A DNA stretch of 64,000 bases from Promethearchaeota archaeon Loki_b32. Lineage in GTDB: Archaea; Asgardarchaeota; Lokiarchaeia; Sigyniarchaeales; SOKP01. The notes beneath the pieces were generated by a model. It did no database searches. It had not been told where the DNA came from and saw nothing but the letters and a program-made list of their open reading frames with translations. Positions 19,838 to 29,782 of this stretch are shown here, in pieces. The DNA is taken from NCBI GenBank assembly GCA_005223125.1, contig NJBH01000002.1, forward strand, positions 128,001 to 192,000, given 5' to 3'. Positions within the stretch are counted from its first letter, which is position 1; the number at the start of each line of letters is the position of its first letter. The position numbers were made by a program, and so were the translations under genes.

Positions 19838-19867
19838 GTGCAGAGGAGGGATTTCCCCTCCGTGCAC
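19838..19867. terminator. GC-rich stem-loop, possibly a terminator or RNA element
   Basis: GTGCA-GA-GGAGGG-ATTTC-CCCTCC-G-TGCAC in AT-rich intergenic DNA, ~100 bp downstream of the HerA-dsRBD gene; followed by TTTCT on the minus strand. Confidence 0.45.
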
Positions 19868-19963
19868 AATTCTTCCCTTGTTTATAGAAGGTGATATTTA
19901 CGACTCCTATAATATCATTATCAAATGAATATATTTAAACAAAAAAGTTTTTCGGGTCTAGTT

Positions 19964-21586
19964 TTATAAACCCAAAACGTCACACATCCTTTTAGCAGCG
20001 TCATTCTCAGCCAATTTTTTACTTTTTGCTTTTCCTATTATCGTATCATCACGATTTTTGAAAAATCCTTGAAAGTTATTTATATTTGTTCCTGGAACAA
20101 TGCTTAATTCTACTGTATAAGTGGGAGAATGATTTGGACCATCTCTATTTATCACTTTATAAATTGGCAATTTAAAATGGTTTTGTTGACAAAATTCGTG
20201 AAGTAATGATTTAGGATTTTTATCTCTATTATCTTTTTGAGCCAAATTTTTTATTAATTTTTCAAGACGAAAGAAATCCTCATCTCTATTTTGATTAGGA
20301 TTTTCAGTTTCAATTTTTAGAGTTTTAATATTTTCTTTTTTGACTTTAGGAAAAATCAAATCATTTTCTTCAAGTCTTTTTTCAATTTTAGGCGTTTTTT
20401 TTCTCAGCTTAACAAATTTGATTTTATCTTTAAGTTTTTTAAACCATAATGATTTATTCAATAAATTCTTCTTTGATTCAGCTTGATTAAAATCTCCATT
20501 TTCTTCACTTTCACTTTTCTGGAGTATTCTTTTATTATTAGCATTTATTTGGTCAAGGGTTAGCGAATGTCTTTTAATATATGGAATGTACAATAGAAAA
20601 GGTTTTTCAATCGAATTTACACGAATAATACAATAACCCATTTGTAGCATAGATAGGTATTCTTCATGTTCTTCATCAAGATTGAGTAGTTTACGCAATG
20701 TCTCTTTTTGCATATGGTTCTTAAAAGTAATTAACACTCCACAATTCGCTAAAATCTCTTCACTAACATCGGGACGTGTGGCAATAGTAATTAAGCATTC
20801 ACCAGTCCCTCTTAATAAAAGAGCAATATCTTCAATATAAGTCGAGATTTTAGTTTTGTCAGATAGTCCCCTGGGAGCAAAGTATTGAGCATCTTCAATA
20901 ATAGTCATATGTCTTATAGTTGTGTAGTCTTCCGAACCTTTAGATAAATTTTTATCCCATAAGTATTTTAAAATCATGTTTAAAAAGAATATAGCATCTT
21001 CTTTTTCTCCACCAAGGCGAATAATTGAGCTTAAATCAATAAGAATGTCTCTTTCAAATAATTTTTTTACATCTAATTTATTTTTTGTTTCAAAAATCGC
21101 CTTAATAGGACCAACAGAAAATCTTCTTATCCTATTTTTAACACTGATTATTGATTGGTCTAAAAATGGAATATTTCTTTTTTCTTTTTGAAGATATTCT
21201 TCGCATTTTTCGTAGAATCCTTCCCAACTCTGATATTCCTTGCTGCTACAAACTTCAGTTAAAATATCAACTAATACTTTTTGCATTTGAGGTGTAAATT
21301 CTGCGTGTGCTTCCAACATCTGGGCACTTTTAAAAATCGCAAATATTCTCTCTGCATGAACTTCGGGATTACTTCCTTCTGGATTAAAAATATTTATTGA
21401 AAAATTTTCTCCAGGTCTTATGATTAGTAGGTCATTGAGTTTCTCTTGTAAGAAATTGTATTCTCCTTTGAATTCTACAAGCATTATTGGTGTTTTATAA
21501 TGCTTTTTAAAATTCATTAAAAAGAATTGTAAAAAATTACTTTTTCCTGCTCCTGTTGAACCACATACAAACATATGTCGCTCCAA
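19964..21586 (-). CDS. HerA/FtsK-family (DUF87-like) ATPase fused to a C-terminal dsRNA-binding domain
   Basis: RHMFVCGSTGAGKS, VEFKGEY, IIEDAQ, ATRP; C-terminal NPKSLLHEFCQQ..GPNHSPTYTVEL..GKAKSKKLAENDAAKRM. Frame is open upstream to ATT at 21691. Confidence 0.85.
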   Translation of the reverse strand: MERHMFVCGSTGAGKSNFLQFFLMNFKKHYKTPIMLVEFKGEYNFLQEKLNDLLIIRPGENFSINIFNPEGSNPEVHAERIFAIFKSAQMLEAHAEFTPQMQKVLVDILTEVCSSKEYQSWEGFYEKCEEYLQKEKRNIPFLDQSIISVKNRIRRFSVGPIKAIFETKNKLDVKKLFERDILIDLSSIIRLGGEKEDAIFFLNMILKYLWDKNLSKGSEDYTTIRHMTIIEDAQYFAPRGLSDKTKISTYIEDIALLLRGTGECLITIATRPDVSEEILANCGVLITFKNHMQKETLRKLLNLDEEHEEYLSMLQMGYCIIRVNSIEKPFLLYIPYIKRHSLTLDQINANNKRILQKSESEENGDFNQAESKKNLLNKSLWFKKLKDKIKFVKLRKKTPKIEKRLEENDLIFPKVKKENIKTLKIETENPNQNRDEDFFRLEKLIKNLAQKDNRDKNPKSLLHEFCQQNHFKLPIYKVINRDGPNHSPTYTVELSIVPGTNINNFQGFFKNRDDTIIGKAKSKKLAENDAAKRMCDVLGL

Positions 21587-21795
21587 ATCATGAATTGATA
21601 AATAGAACGCATTTTTCTTTTTACCGTCTTTTACAATTTTCCCAAATTTTATATCTCCGTTTTTAGCTTCTGAAACTGCCTCTCTTAAAATTTATAAAAC
21701 GATAATTAGGATTAGCAAAAATCTTATATAGCTGTTTATCATTTAACTATTTAACATTTATACAGACAAAAATCAATAAAATTTATGAAAATAAG

Positions 21796-23511
21796 ATGAA
21801 ATCAAACATTCAAACTAAAAAAATTATAATGATTATAGGAATTTTTTTCGTTTTGTCAACCTTAATTTATTTTAATTCCAATTTCAGTACTGGAAATATC
21901 TATAGAAGAGATGTAAATTTAAAAATCTCACCTATTTCTGAAAAAATTATTATAATCGGTAATTCAGGTTGGGTTGATTTTAGGAGTGATGGAAAATGTA
22001 CTGGTTCAGGTACTTATTCCGATCCATATATCATAGAAGATTTAGTAATCGATGGAGGAGGATCGGGAAATTGCATCTGGATTGAAAATACAGATGTATA
22101 CTTTATAATTGAAAATTGTAATGTTTACAATTCATTAAATTACCCTAGTGCGGGAATCAAATTAAGAAGTGTTAATAACGGACAACTACTTGATAATAAT
22201 TGTTCGTCTAATCATTATGGAATATACATCGCTAATAGTAAGAATATCACTCTATCAGGAAATACGGCTAATGATAACCAGCATATAGGGATATATTTGA
22301 AGAAATGTAATATCACCACTACTTCGGGAAACACAGCCAATTATAATTATTATGCTGGGATAAGCTTATATTTGTGTAATAACATCACTACTTCGGGAAA
22401 TACAGTAAGCAATAGTGAACAATGGGGGATATTTTTCCATTATAGTAATAATAACACCATTTCGGGAAACACAGCCAATTATAATTATTTTGAGGGGATA
22501 TATTTAGAAAATAGCCATAATAACACCATTTCAGGAAACACAGCCAATTATAATTATTACGCTGGGATATATTTAACAAATAGCTATAACAATGCCGTGA
22601 TGGGAAACACTGTTAACAATAATAGTATATATGGTATAGGTTTAGATAATAGTTGCAAAGATAACACGATCTCGGGAAATACTGTAAATAATAATGAGAT
22701 ATCTTTAAATGGTAAGAACCACATTATTTCGAGCAATATTTTAAATAATACTGGATTAAGTGTATTTGGTCCAATTGAAGAACTTTGTTCCTATGATATT
22801 GATGTTACAAATCTTGTGAATGGAAACCCTCTTTATTATTACATCAATGAAATAAATTTAGGACCAAACAATTTTACGAATGCCGGGCAAGTGATATTGG
22901 TTAATTGTAGTAATTCATTAATATCCAACTTAGATATTTCTTATAGTTCTAACGGAATTTCATTATATTACTGTAATCACAATGATATCTTGGAAAACAC
23001 CTTAATTAACAATACTCGGTCAGGTATATGTTTATATTATTGTAACTATAATAATGTCTCGGAAAATACGATAAATAATAATATTTGGGGGGGGATATTT
23101 TTATATTACTGTACCTCTAACGAAATCTCGGGAAATATGGCAATTAACAATGACTATGGGATTTATTTTCAAGATAGTCATTATAACGATATATTGGGAA
23201 ATAATGCAAGTTACAATTTTTATGATGGGATACATCTACTTGATAGTCATAACAACTCCGTTTCGGGGAATACAGCAAATAACAATAAATGCGGAATATA
23301 TTTAGATTCAAGTGATAATAATATCGTTTCAGGAAATACAATATTAGGGAATGATATATGCATTGATGAACAATATTGTGATGGGAATATTTTTGAAAAT
23401 AATGATTGTGGTAAGAAAAAACCAACAATACTAGGATATAGTTTATTCTTTCTACTTGGCACTCTATCCGTTATTTTAATAATTAAGTGTAGAAAAATAA
23501 AGAAATTTTGA
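21796..23511 (+). CDS. NosD/parallel beta-helix surface protein with signal peptide and Loki-CTERM-like anchor
   Basis: GSGTYSDPYII, repeated GIYL..S.NN.ISGN units, C-terminal ILGYSLFFLLG..KCRKIKK. Confidence 0.85.
   Translation: MKSNIQTKKIIMIIGIFFVLSTLIYFNSNFSTGNIYRRDVNLKISPISEKIIIIGNSGWVDFRSDGKCTGSGTYSDPYIIEDLVIDGGGSGNCIWIENTDVYFIIENCNVYNSLNYPSAGIKLRSVNNGQLLDNNCSSNHYGIYIANSKNITLSGNTANDNQHIGIYLKKCNITTTSGNTANYNYYAGISLYLCNNITTSGNTVSNSEQWGIFFHYSNNNTISGNTANYNYFEGIYLENSHNNTISGNTANYNYYAGIYLTNSYNNAVMGNTVNNNSIYGIGLDNSCKDNTISGNTVNNNEISLNGKNHIISSNILNNTGLSVFGPIEELCSYDIDVTNLVNGNPLYYYINEINLGPNNFTNAGQVILVNCSNSLISNLDISYSSNGISLYYCNHNDILENTLINNTRSGICLYYCNYNNVSENTINNNIWGGIFLYYCTSNEISGNMAINNDYGIYFQDSHYNDILGNNASYNFYDGIHLLDSHNNSVSGNTANNNKCGIYLDSSDNNIVSGNTILGNDICIDEQYCDGNIFENNDCGKKKPTILGYSLFFLLGTLSVILIIKCRKIKKF
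22255..22600 (+). repeat. 69-bp (23-aa) intragenic tandem repeat
   Basis: TC(G/A)GGAAACACAGCCAATTATAATTAT at 22324, 22462 and 22531, with a diverged unit at 22393; period 69 bp. Confidence 0.8.
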
Positions 23512-23548
23512 AATGCTAAATGTAGGGTGTTATTTTACTTACCTATAT

Positions 23549-24073
23549 TTAAGAAGCATACTTAATCATACGCTGGGTTAATTCTCTGAAAGCTTCTTCA
23601 ACATTTTCACCAGTTTTAGCTGAGGTTTCAATATAAATACTATCTTTACCTTCTGCATATTCTCTTACAACTTTATTATCAATCGAGCGGCTAACATCTT
23701 TTACCAAATCTAACTTATTTCCTATGATAATAAAAGGAATATTTTCATTTAATATTCCAAACATCTCTGAAAGCCATTGTTCAATCTCTTCATATGTATT
23801 GAGTCTTGTAAGGTCAAAAATTATTAGAGCGCCTTGAGTTCCTTCATAGTATTGTTTATGCAAAAATTTAAACTTTTTCTGCCCCGCTACATCCCAAATA
23901 ACCAGTTTAGCAATGTTTTTTGATTCTAAAGTAATTTCTTTAATTAAATAGTTAATACCTATAGTTGTTATATAATCACGAGAGAATTCGTTCTTTACAA
24001 ACCGATATAATATGCTAGTTTTTCCTACAGCAGGAGCGCCTAATAATAGTATCTTAAAACTATATTGCTTCAT
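23549..24073 (-). CDS. Rab-like small GTPase (eukaryotic signature protein)
   Basis: GAPAVGKTS, TIG, WDVAGQ, NKLD, ETSAK; no C-terminal prenylation cysteines. Confidence 0.93.
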   Translation of the reverse strand: MKQYSFKILLLGAPAVGKTSILYRFVKNEFSRDYITTIGINYLIKEITLESKNIAKLVIWDVAGQKKFKFLHKQYYEGTQGALIIFDLTRLNTYEEIEQWLSEMFGILNENIPFIIIGNKLDLVKDVSRSIDNKVVREYAEGKDSIYIETSAKTGENVEEAFRELTQRMIKYAS

Positions 24074-24416
24074 AAAAATACATTGAAATAAATTCTAATT
24101 GGCAATAAATTTAATATTATCCAATAGTAATAATTATTTTTCATTAAAAAATAAATATTCTTCTTAAGTTAAGCAAAGAGAAAGAGGTTTTACAAGGCTA
24201 GATACGGTTTAACAAGAATTTTGATGAACCTTTTATATCATTTTCTAGAAAACATAAGAAAATTCAAGAAATAATAGTATTTTTGGATTAATTCAAGACC
24301 TATAAATCTATTTTGAGACCTTAAATTAATGATTCGAGAAAAGTAGAATCTATAATTTTTTTAAAAAAGTACTTTTTTAGATTATTAAAACAAAGATTAA
24401 ATAATTACTTTATTTT

Positions 24417-27400
24417 GTGTTGTTTATGAGAAGATCTAGAAACAGAATTTCTTTTTTAATCTTATTAACCATTTTTTTCAGTTATTTTATAATTCCATTC
24501 ATTGGAACACGATTGAATAGTTCCAATCTTAATGATCAAAACATTAATAATGAAATAGATTTAAAATCATTGTCGTCCTCTCTTTCAAGCGGAATTAATT
24601 CAGATAAGAATAATTTAGAAAATTATTCAAGTTATCAGATTTCAAAATATGGAACAACCCTTAATAAATTTCTATCTAATATCACTTTAAACCATGACAG
24701 TAATCAAAAAGAGGTGAAAGTTATTGTTGTATTTGATAAATCCTTATCTAAAAAAGAGCATGTTGTTCTATTAGACTCAATTTTTGATAACTATAATTTG
24801 ATAAGCAACTATGATATAATTCCCGGTGCTTATATAAAACTCAATCCTAATCAACTTATTACAAAAAAAGATGTAATAGATGGTATTATATCAATTACTC
24901 AAATTCATAAATCGAATGTTTATGAGTTACCTTCTGTTTCAGATAATTCGGTACAATTGAGTGCGTTAGATAGTGGCGATTATTCTAACTGGTGGCTTTC
25001 TGCTATTGGTGCTGAAAGTCTCCCTTATGATGGCTCAGGTGTGAAAGTAGCTGTGATTGATACGGGAATTTACCCTCATCCTGATTTAACAATTATTAAT
25101 AACAGTAATTTTGTTGCTGATGAGGAGTTATGGGAATATGATGATAAAACTGGACATGGTACTCATGCTGCTGGAATTATTGGTGGTGATGGTGGTGGCT
25201 CTTCTGGAGAATATCGTGGCGTTGCTTCTGGTGTTTTGTTAATTAATGCAAGAGCAGGTAATGAAAGTGGATTAGATGAAGGAGATATAATAAGAGCGAT
25301 TGAATGGAGCTCTAAACCAACCCATTCGGGTGGTGCAGGAGCAGATATAGTATCCATGAGTTTTGGTGGGGTGTATCCTTATATTTCTGATCTTATTACT
25401 CAAGCAATCACAAACGCAAAAGATAACTTTGGTGTTATTTTTGTTTCATCTGCAGGTAATTCTGGACCGGAGTATTTTACTGGTTCAACTCCCGCTTCTG
25501 GTATTGATGTTATATCTGTAGGTGCTACAGATAGAAACGATAATCTGGCTTCTTTTAGTAGTTGGGGTCCAACTTTTCGGTATTTAGGGTTCCCTGATGT
25601 TGTTGCTCCTGGTATTAATATTATTTCCACAGATGCAAAGGATTCTACATTTTCCAAAGAAGAACGTTATAAAGACAACTATTTGGATTTTACAGATGAT
25701 GCAGATTATATTCCTCTAAGCGGAACGAGTTTTTCCTGTCCTATGGTTGCGGGTGCATTAGCAATTCTATTGGATGCGTATCCCAATATTACACCTGAAA
25801 CTGCTAGAATAGCTTTATTAGAAGGAGCAAGAAAACTTCCTGATGAAAATGAAATCGATATTCTTAAATCTGGAGCAGGGATGATAAATGTAACTGCATC
25901 CTTAGATTATTTAAACAGTATTTCTCCTGACTATAATGATACAGCAAAACTATTCCCTGATGATCTTCCAGTTAAACCTTATGATTTATTACATTTCCCG
26001 GGAGACCATCAAAAATTTAATTTAACTGTAATCTCTGGAGACGCTAATGATTTTGATATTGAAATTCCAACCTATATTCAAGGTGTATCTCTATCTATAG
26101 ATAAGTTAACGATTAATTTCTCTAACTCTGGAATTGATTTTTTAGAAATAGATATTGAAATTCAAAAAGATGCTATTCCAGAGATAAAGACATTTCAAAT
26201 TAACCTTACCATTGGAGTTAAAATTTATGATACTGCTGAGATCACATTAGATATTAGATTACCAGAGTATCGAATATTAATGGAATCTTTCCATGGATTA
26301 AATGATTGGTTTGCCGTCCCAAATTTTGGATACACTTTTTATCAGATGGGGTTTTATGAAGCTATGGCGGATCTTACAGATCTTAATATTTCGATTGACT
26401 ATAGCATGGAATATTGGACACCAGATTATAATAAGGATTTCGACAATTCAATTTTAACAGAAGAAAGATTAGCTCAATATGATATTGTTGTTTTACAAAA
26501 CCCAATCCTTCCCTATAGTCATGTAGAAATTGATAACATAGTAAATTACTATGAAGGTGGCGGTAATCTGTTATTTTTAGGAACTAGGTACCAAGATATG
26601 GTAGTGGAAAATATAAATTATTTATTCACCAGATTGGGAATAGATATTCAAATAAATGAAGAAAATGTAATGAATGATAACTGGCTTGGTATTGGAGCAA
26701 GTATAACTTCTCAAAGTGTATATAATTTTGATAATTCAGCGATTTTTAATGACGTATCCCAATTCTATTGGCTATATGGTAATAGTTTTACTATTTCTAA
26801 TAATGCTGAGTCTATCGCAACCATAGATAATAAAACAGTAGTGGCGCTTTATAATGGAACTGAAAATGGAAAAGGAAACTTTTTAGCTTTCGGAGATTTA
26901 AATTGGATTTACGATAAATATGATTCATCAGCTTATATTGATGACCATTCAAATTTATTAAAAAATATAGTCGACTTTTTATTACCCTCAAATGAAGTAT
27001 CTATCAACATAGAATTAGAAAAAGAAAGCACTTCAAATGGTGAAATTGATATCTCAATTTATTTGAAAAACCAAACCTCTGAGGCTCCAATTACAAATTA
27101 TACTTCTTTAACTTTAACAATTAAGAATGAAACATATCAAGAGTTGATTATATTAAATACAACATTTACAAGTGATGGAATATATTTCAATGAGTCATTT
27201 AATATTCCGTTTCCAAGTAATATACCTTATTCATTAATAGTAAATTTGACAATTGGTTCAATAGAATATAATAAAACCTCGAAAATTCTTTATTATAACA
27301 GTAATGAAATGCCACAAATTAATGATTTATCTGTTAGTGATATACAAATTACAAGAGTAGAATCAACATTATTGATTTCTGAATTAGATGATAACTCATA

Positions 27401-28403
27401 TAATGATTTTGAGGGGCAACTCTCTATTTATTCCTATTCATTTTATAATACTAAAAAATCTGTTAATAAAACTTTAACATTCAGTCATAGTGGTTCCAAT
27501 TATTATACTGCAACTTTCGACGCAGATACAGCTGATCCTTCTGGATATGCTATTCTTTATTTAGTACCGATGAATTCCAATTATACTGCTTCAAATTCAC
27601 CTAGAGCTCTTTTTCTAATTATTAATAATCCCCCCGAAATTATAAAAGAAAGTTCTACATTTGATCATGGTTCTTTTGATAGTACTGAATCTGATGATGG
27701 TTCATATGTTTATTCCGCAACTCAAGGCGATACATTTGATTTTGCAGTAGATGTGGAAGATACGGTAGCATATGAAGACGATAATTCTAATATGAGAGTC
27801 TTTGTAAACTTATTTATATATGTGACAGCAGGCGAAGGAACTATTATCGGTATAATTCCAAACACTTTTGAAGTTGCTGAGTTAAATTATCTTTCAAGCT
27901 CCGATAAATACGAAGGAACTTTTACTATACCAATTACTATGCAATATAGTACCATTGCGGGCATAAAATCTGTATCAACGGCAACTGAATTTGATACTTC
28001 CACCAATACTGGATATTTAGGAGTTCTCATTATTACTGCATATGATAGTGAAGGTGGATCTGATGAATTTACCATTATTTTAATAATTTCTGAACAACCT
28101 ATTGATTTTAGTTTTCTTATTATTATTGTATTGATAGTAATTGGTATCATTGGATTTGCGGGAATGCTTATTTATTTTGTAAAAAGGCAAAAGCGCCCTA
28201 AGATTACTCAATATCCGCCAATGTATCAAGATTATTATTACGAATCCCCAATTGAAAAACCAGAAGAAACTTATTTAATTCCCGATCCTTTATCTCATCT
28301 AGAACAATTTTATTGTCCTTTCTGTGGACAATTAGTAACACAACCAAAGAAATTTTGTCCACATTGTGGGGAATCTCTCACATTTAATGAAACAAATGAA
28401 TAG
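24417..28403 (+). CDS. Membrane-anchored S8 subtilisin-like serine protease with a cytoplasmic zinc ribbon
   Basis: Catalytic triad VIDTG, HGTH, SGTSFSCP; N-terminal and C-terminal TM helices; CPFCG..CPHCG. Confidence 0.92.
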   Translation: MLFMRRSRNRISFLILLTIFFSYFIIPFIGTRLNSSNLNDQNINNEIDLKSLSSSLSSGINSDKNNLENYSSYQISKYGTTLNKFLSNITLNHDSNQKEVKVIVVFDKSLSKKEHVVLLDSIFDNYNLISNYDIIPGAYIKLNPNQLITKKDVIDGIISITQIHKSNVYELPSVSDNSVQLSALDSGDYSNWWLSAIGAESLPYDGSGVKVAVIDTGIYPHPDLTIINNSNFVADEELWEYDDKTGHGTHAAGIIGGDGGGSSGEYRGVASGVLLINARAGNESGLDEGDIIRAIEWSSKPTHSGGAGADIVSMSFGGVYPYISDLITQAITNAKDNFGVIFVSSAGNSGPEYFTGSTPASGIDVISVGATDRNDNLASFSSWGPTFRYLGFPDVVAPGINIISTDAKDSTFSKEERYKDNYLDFTDDADYIPLSGTSFSCPMVAGALAILLDAYPNITPETARIALLEGARKLPDENEIDILKSGAGMINVTASLDYLNSISPDYNDTAKLFPDDLPVKPYDLLHFPGDHQKFNLTVISGDANDFDIEIPTYIQGVSLSIDKLTINFSNSGIDFLEIDIEIQKDAIPEIKTFQINLTIGVKIYDTAEITLDIRLPEYRILMESFHGLNDWFAVPNFGYTFYQMGFYEAMADLTDLNISIDYSMEYWTPDYNKDFDNSILTEERLAQYDIVVLQNPILPYSHVEIDNIVNYYEGGGNLLFLGTRYQDMVVENINYLFTRLGIDIQINEENVMNDNWLGIGASITSQSVYNFDNSAIFNDVSQFYWLYGNSFTISNNAESIATIDNKTVVALYNGTENGKGNFLAFGDLNWIYDKYDSSAYIDDHSNLLKNIVDFLLPSNEVSINIELEKESTSNGEIDISIYLKNQTSEAPITNYTSLTLTIKNETYQELIILNTTFTSDGIYFNESFNIPFPSNIPYSLIVNLTIGSIEYNKTSKILYYNSNEMPQINDLSVSDIQITRVESTLLISELDDNSYNDFEGQLSIYSYSFYNTKKSVNKTLTFSHSGSNYYTATFDADTADPSGYAILYLVPMNSNYTASNSPRALFLIINNPPEIIKESSTFDHGSFDSTESDDGSYVYSATQGDTFDFAVDVEDTVAYEDDNSNMRVFVNLFIYVTAGEGTIIGIIPNTFEVAELNYLSSSDKYEGTFTIPITMQYSTIAGIKSVSTATEFDTSTNTGYLGVLIITAYDSEGGSDEFTIILIISEQPIDFSFLIIIVLIVIGIIGFAGMLIYFVKRQKRPKITQYPPMYQDYYYESPIEKPEETYLIPDPLSHLEQFYCPFCGQLVTQPKKFCPHCGESLTFNETNE

Positions 28404-28429
28404 ATTTTTTTTTCAATATTTACTTTTTT

Positions 28430-29146
28430 TTATTTTGGGAGAGTTAACACGTTCCCATCTTCGAGTCCGACGTAGACTTTAGAAGTCATATCTATAAATA
28501 ATCCTGTATCAACAATTCCGGGAATATTTAGAAGCTTTAAGTTAAGTTCTTGTGGTTTTTTAATTTCTCCAAAATCTACATCGATTATAAAATTACCATT
28601 GTCTGTAATTAATGGTCCACTTTTTGACCGAGCCATACGAAGAACTGGATTTCCATCAATTTTTATTAATTTGTTCATTAATGGAAAATAAGCCATTGGA
28701 ATTACTTCAATAGGGATACCTCGTTTCCAATTTGTGCCTAAAATTTTAGAATTCTTTCTGAAATCCACTATTATAATAAGTTCCTTTGAATTTGAAGCGA
28801 TTATCTTCTCCTGTACTAAACAACCACCTCCACCTTTAATTAAGTTAAGATCCTTATCTATCTCGTCTGCCCCATCAATATCAATGTCAATTTCCGAATA
28901 CTGTTCTAAAGATACTAATTCTAATCCATTCTGTATTATTAATTGGTAAGCTTGAAATGAACTTGGGATACATTTTATATTCATTGCCTTTTCTTTGTTG
29001 ATTTCACCTAATCTTTCAACAGCATACACAACAGTCGACCCACTACCAATTCCTACGATCATATTCTTTTTAATATTTTCTTCTACAGCTTTTATAGCAG
29101 CATTCTTTTTTCCTAATTCAATTAGATTTTCAGTCAAGATAATCAC
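28430..29146 (-). CDS. rpiA: Ribose-5-phosphate isomerase A
   Basis: GIGSGST, DGADEID, IKGGGG, TDNGN. Confidence 0.95.
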   Translation of the reverse strand: MIILTENLIELGKKNAAIKAVEENIKKNMIVGIGSGSTVVYAVERLGEINKEKAMNIKCIPSSFQAYQLIIQNGLELVSLEQYSEIDIDIDGADEIDKDLNLIKGGGGCLVQEKIIASNSKELIIIVDFRKNSKILGTNWKRGIPIEVIPMAYFPLMNKLIKIDGNPVLRMARSKSGPLITDNGNFIIDVDFGEIKKPQELNLKLLNIPGIVDTGLFIDMTSKVYVGLEDGNVLTLPK

Positions 29147-29153
29147 ATTTAGT

Positions 29154-29576
29154 CTATTTTTTTAACAGATTTAAAATCCTAATTGCTAAATACGCAGCAT
29201 TTTCGCCTCGATCAATACCAACACTCGCAACAGGAACTCCTGGAGGCATTTGAACTATAGATAATAAGGCATCCAATCCACCTAACTTTGTACTTACAGG
29301 TACTCCTATAACGGGTTTATTTGTTTTTGATGCGATCACACCTGGTAAGGCAGCAGAAAGACCAGCAACGGCAATATATATTAACGAATCACACTTTTTT
29401 AAATATTCATCTAATTGCTCCGGATTTCGATGAGCAGAAATAATTTGAAGATCATATTTTATATTATTTTCCTGTAAAACGCTTTCAGCCTTTTTATAAA
29501 TATCCTCATCTGAGGTACTCCCTGCAATTATGGAGACTAAAGTTTTTTCACTAGTGTCTACGTTTGGTTTAGGCAT
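29154..29576 (-). CDS. purE: N5-CAIR mutase / AIR carboxylase
   Basis: [25 protein letters not shown]. Confidence 0.95.
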   Translation of the reverse strand: MPKPNVDTSEKTLVSIIAGSTSDEDIYKKAESVLQENNIKYDLQIISAHRNPEQLDEYLKKCDSLIYIAVAGLSAALPGVIASKTNKPVIGVPVSTKLGGLDALLSIVQMPPGVPVASVGIDRGENAAYLAIRILNLLKK

Positions 29577-29782
29577 AATTTATTTAAATCTTCTATGCAT
29601 AAAAATAATTCTAATAGCATCTTAATAGGAATATCAAAATTTTCGAAAAGAATAATATTAACTACGAAAAAACTACTTATTTTTATCAAAAAGTTTAATA
29701 TTATTTTAAACCTTCAACTAGTAAAATTGAATTTTTAATAATCAAAAATTACTCAAATATTTTTATAGTTGGTGAAATTAAA

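Noticed and set aside
22255-22600. Regularly spaced repeats as a CRISPR array
   Set aside because: They are in-frame 23-aa beta-helix coils inside a CDS, the intervening sequences are similar to each other, and no cas genes are present.
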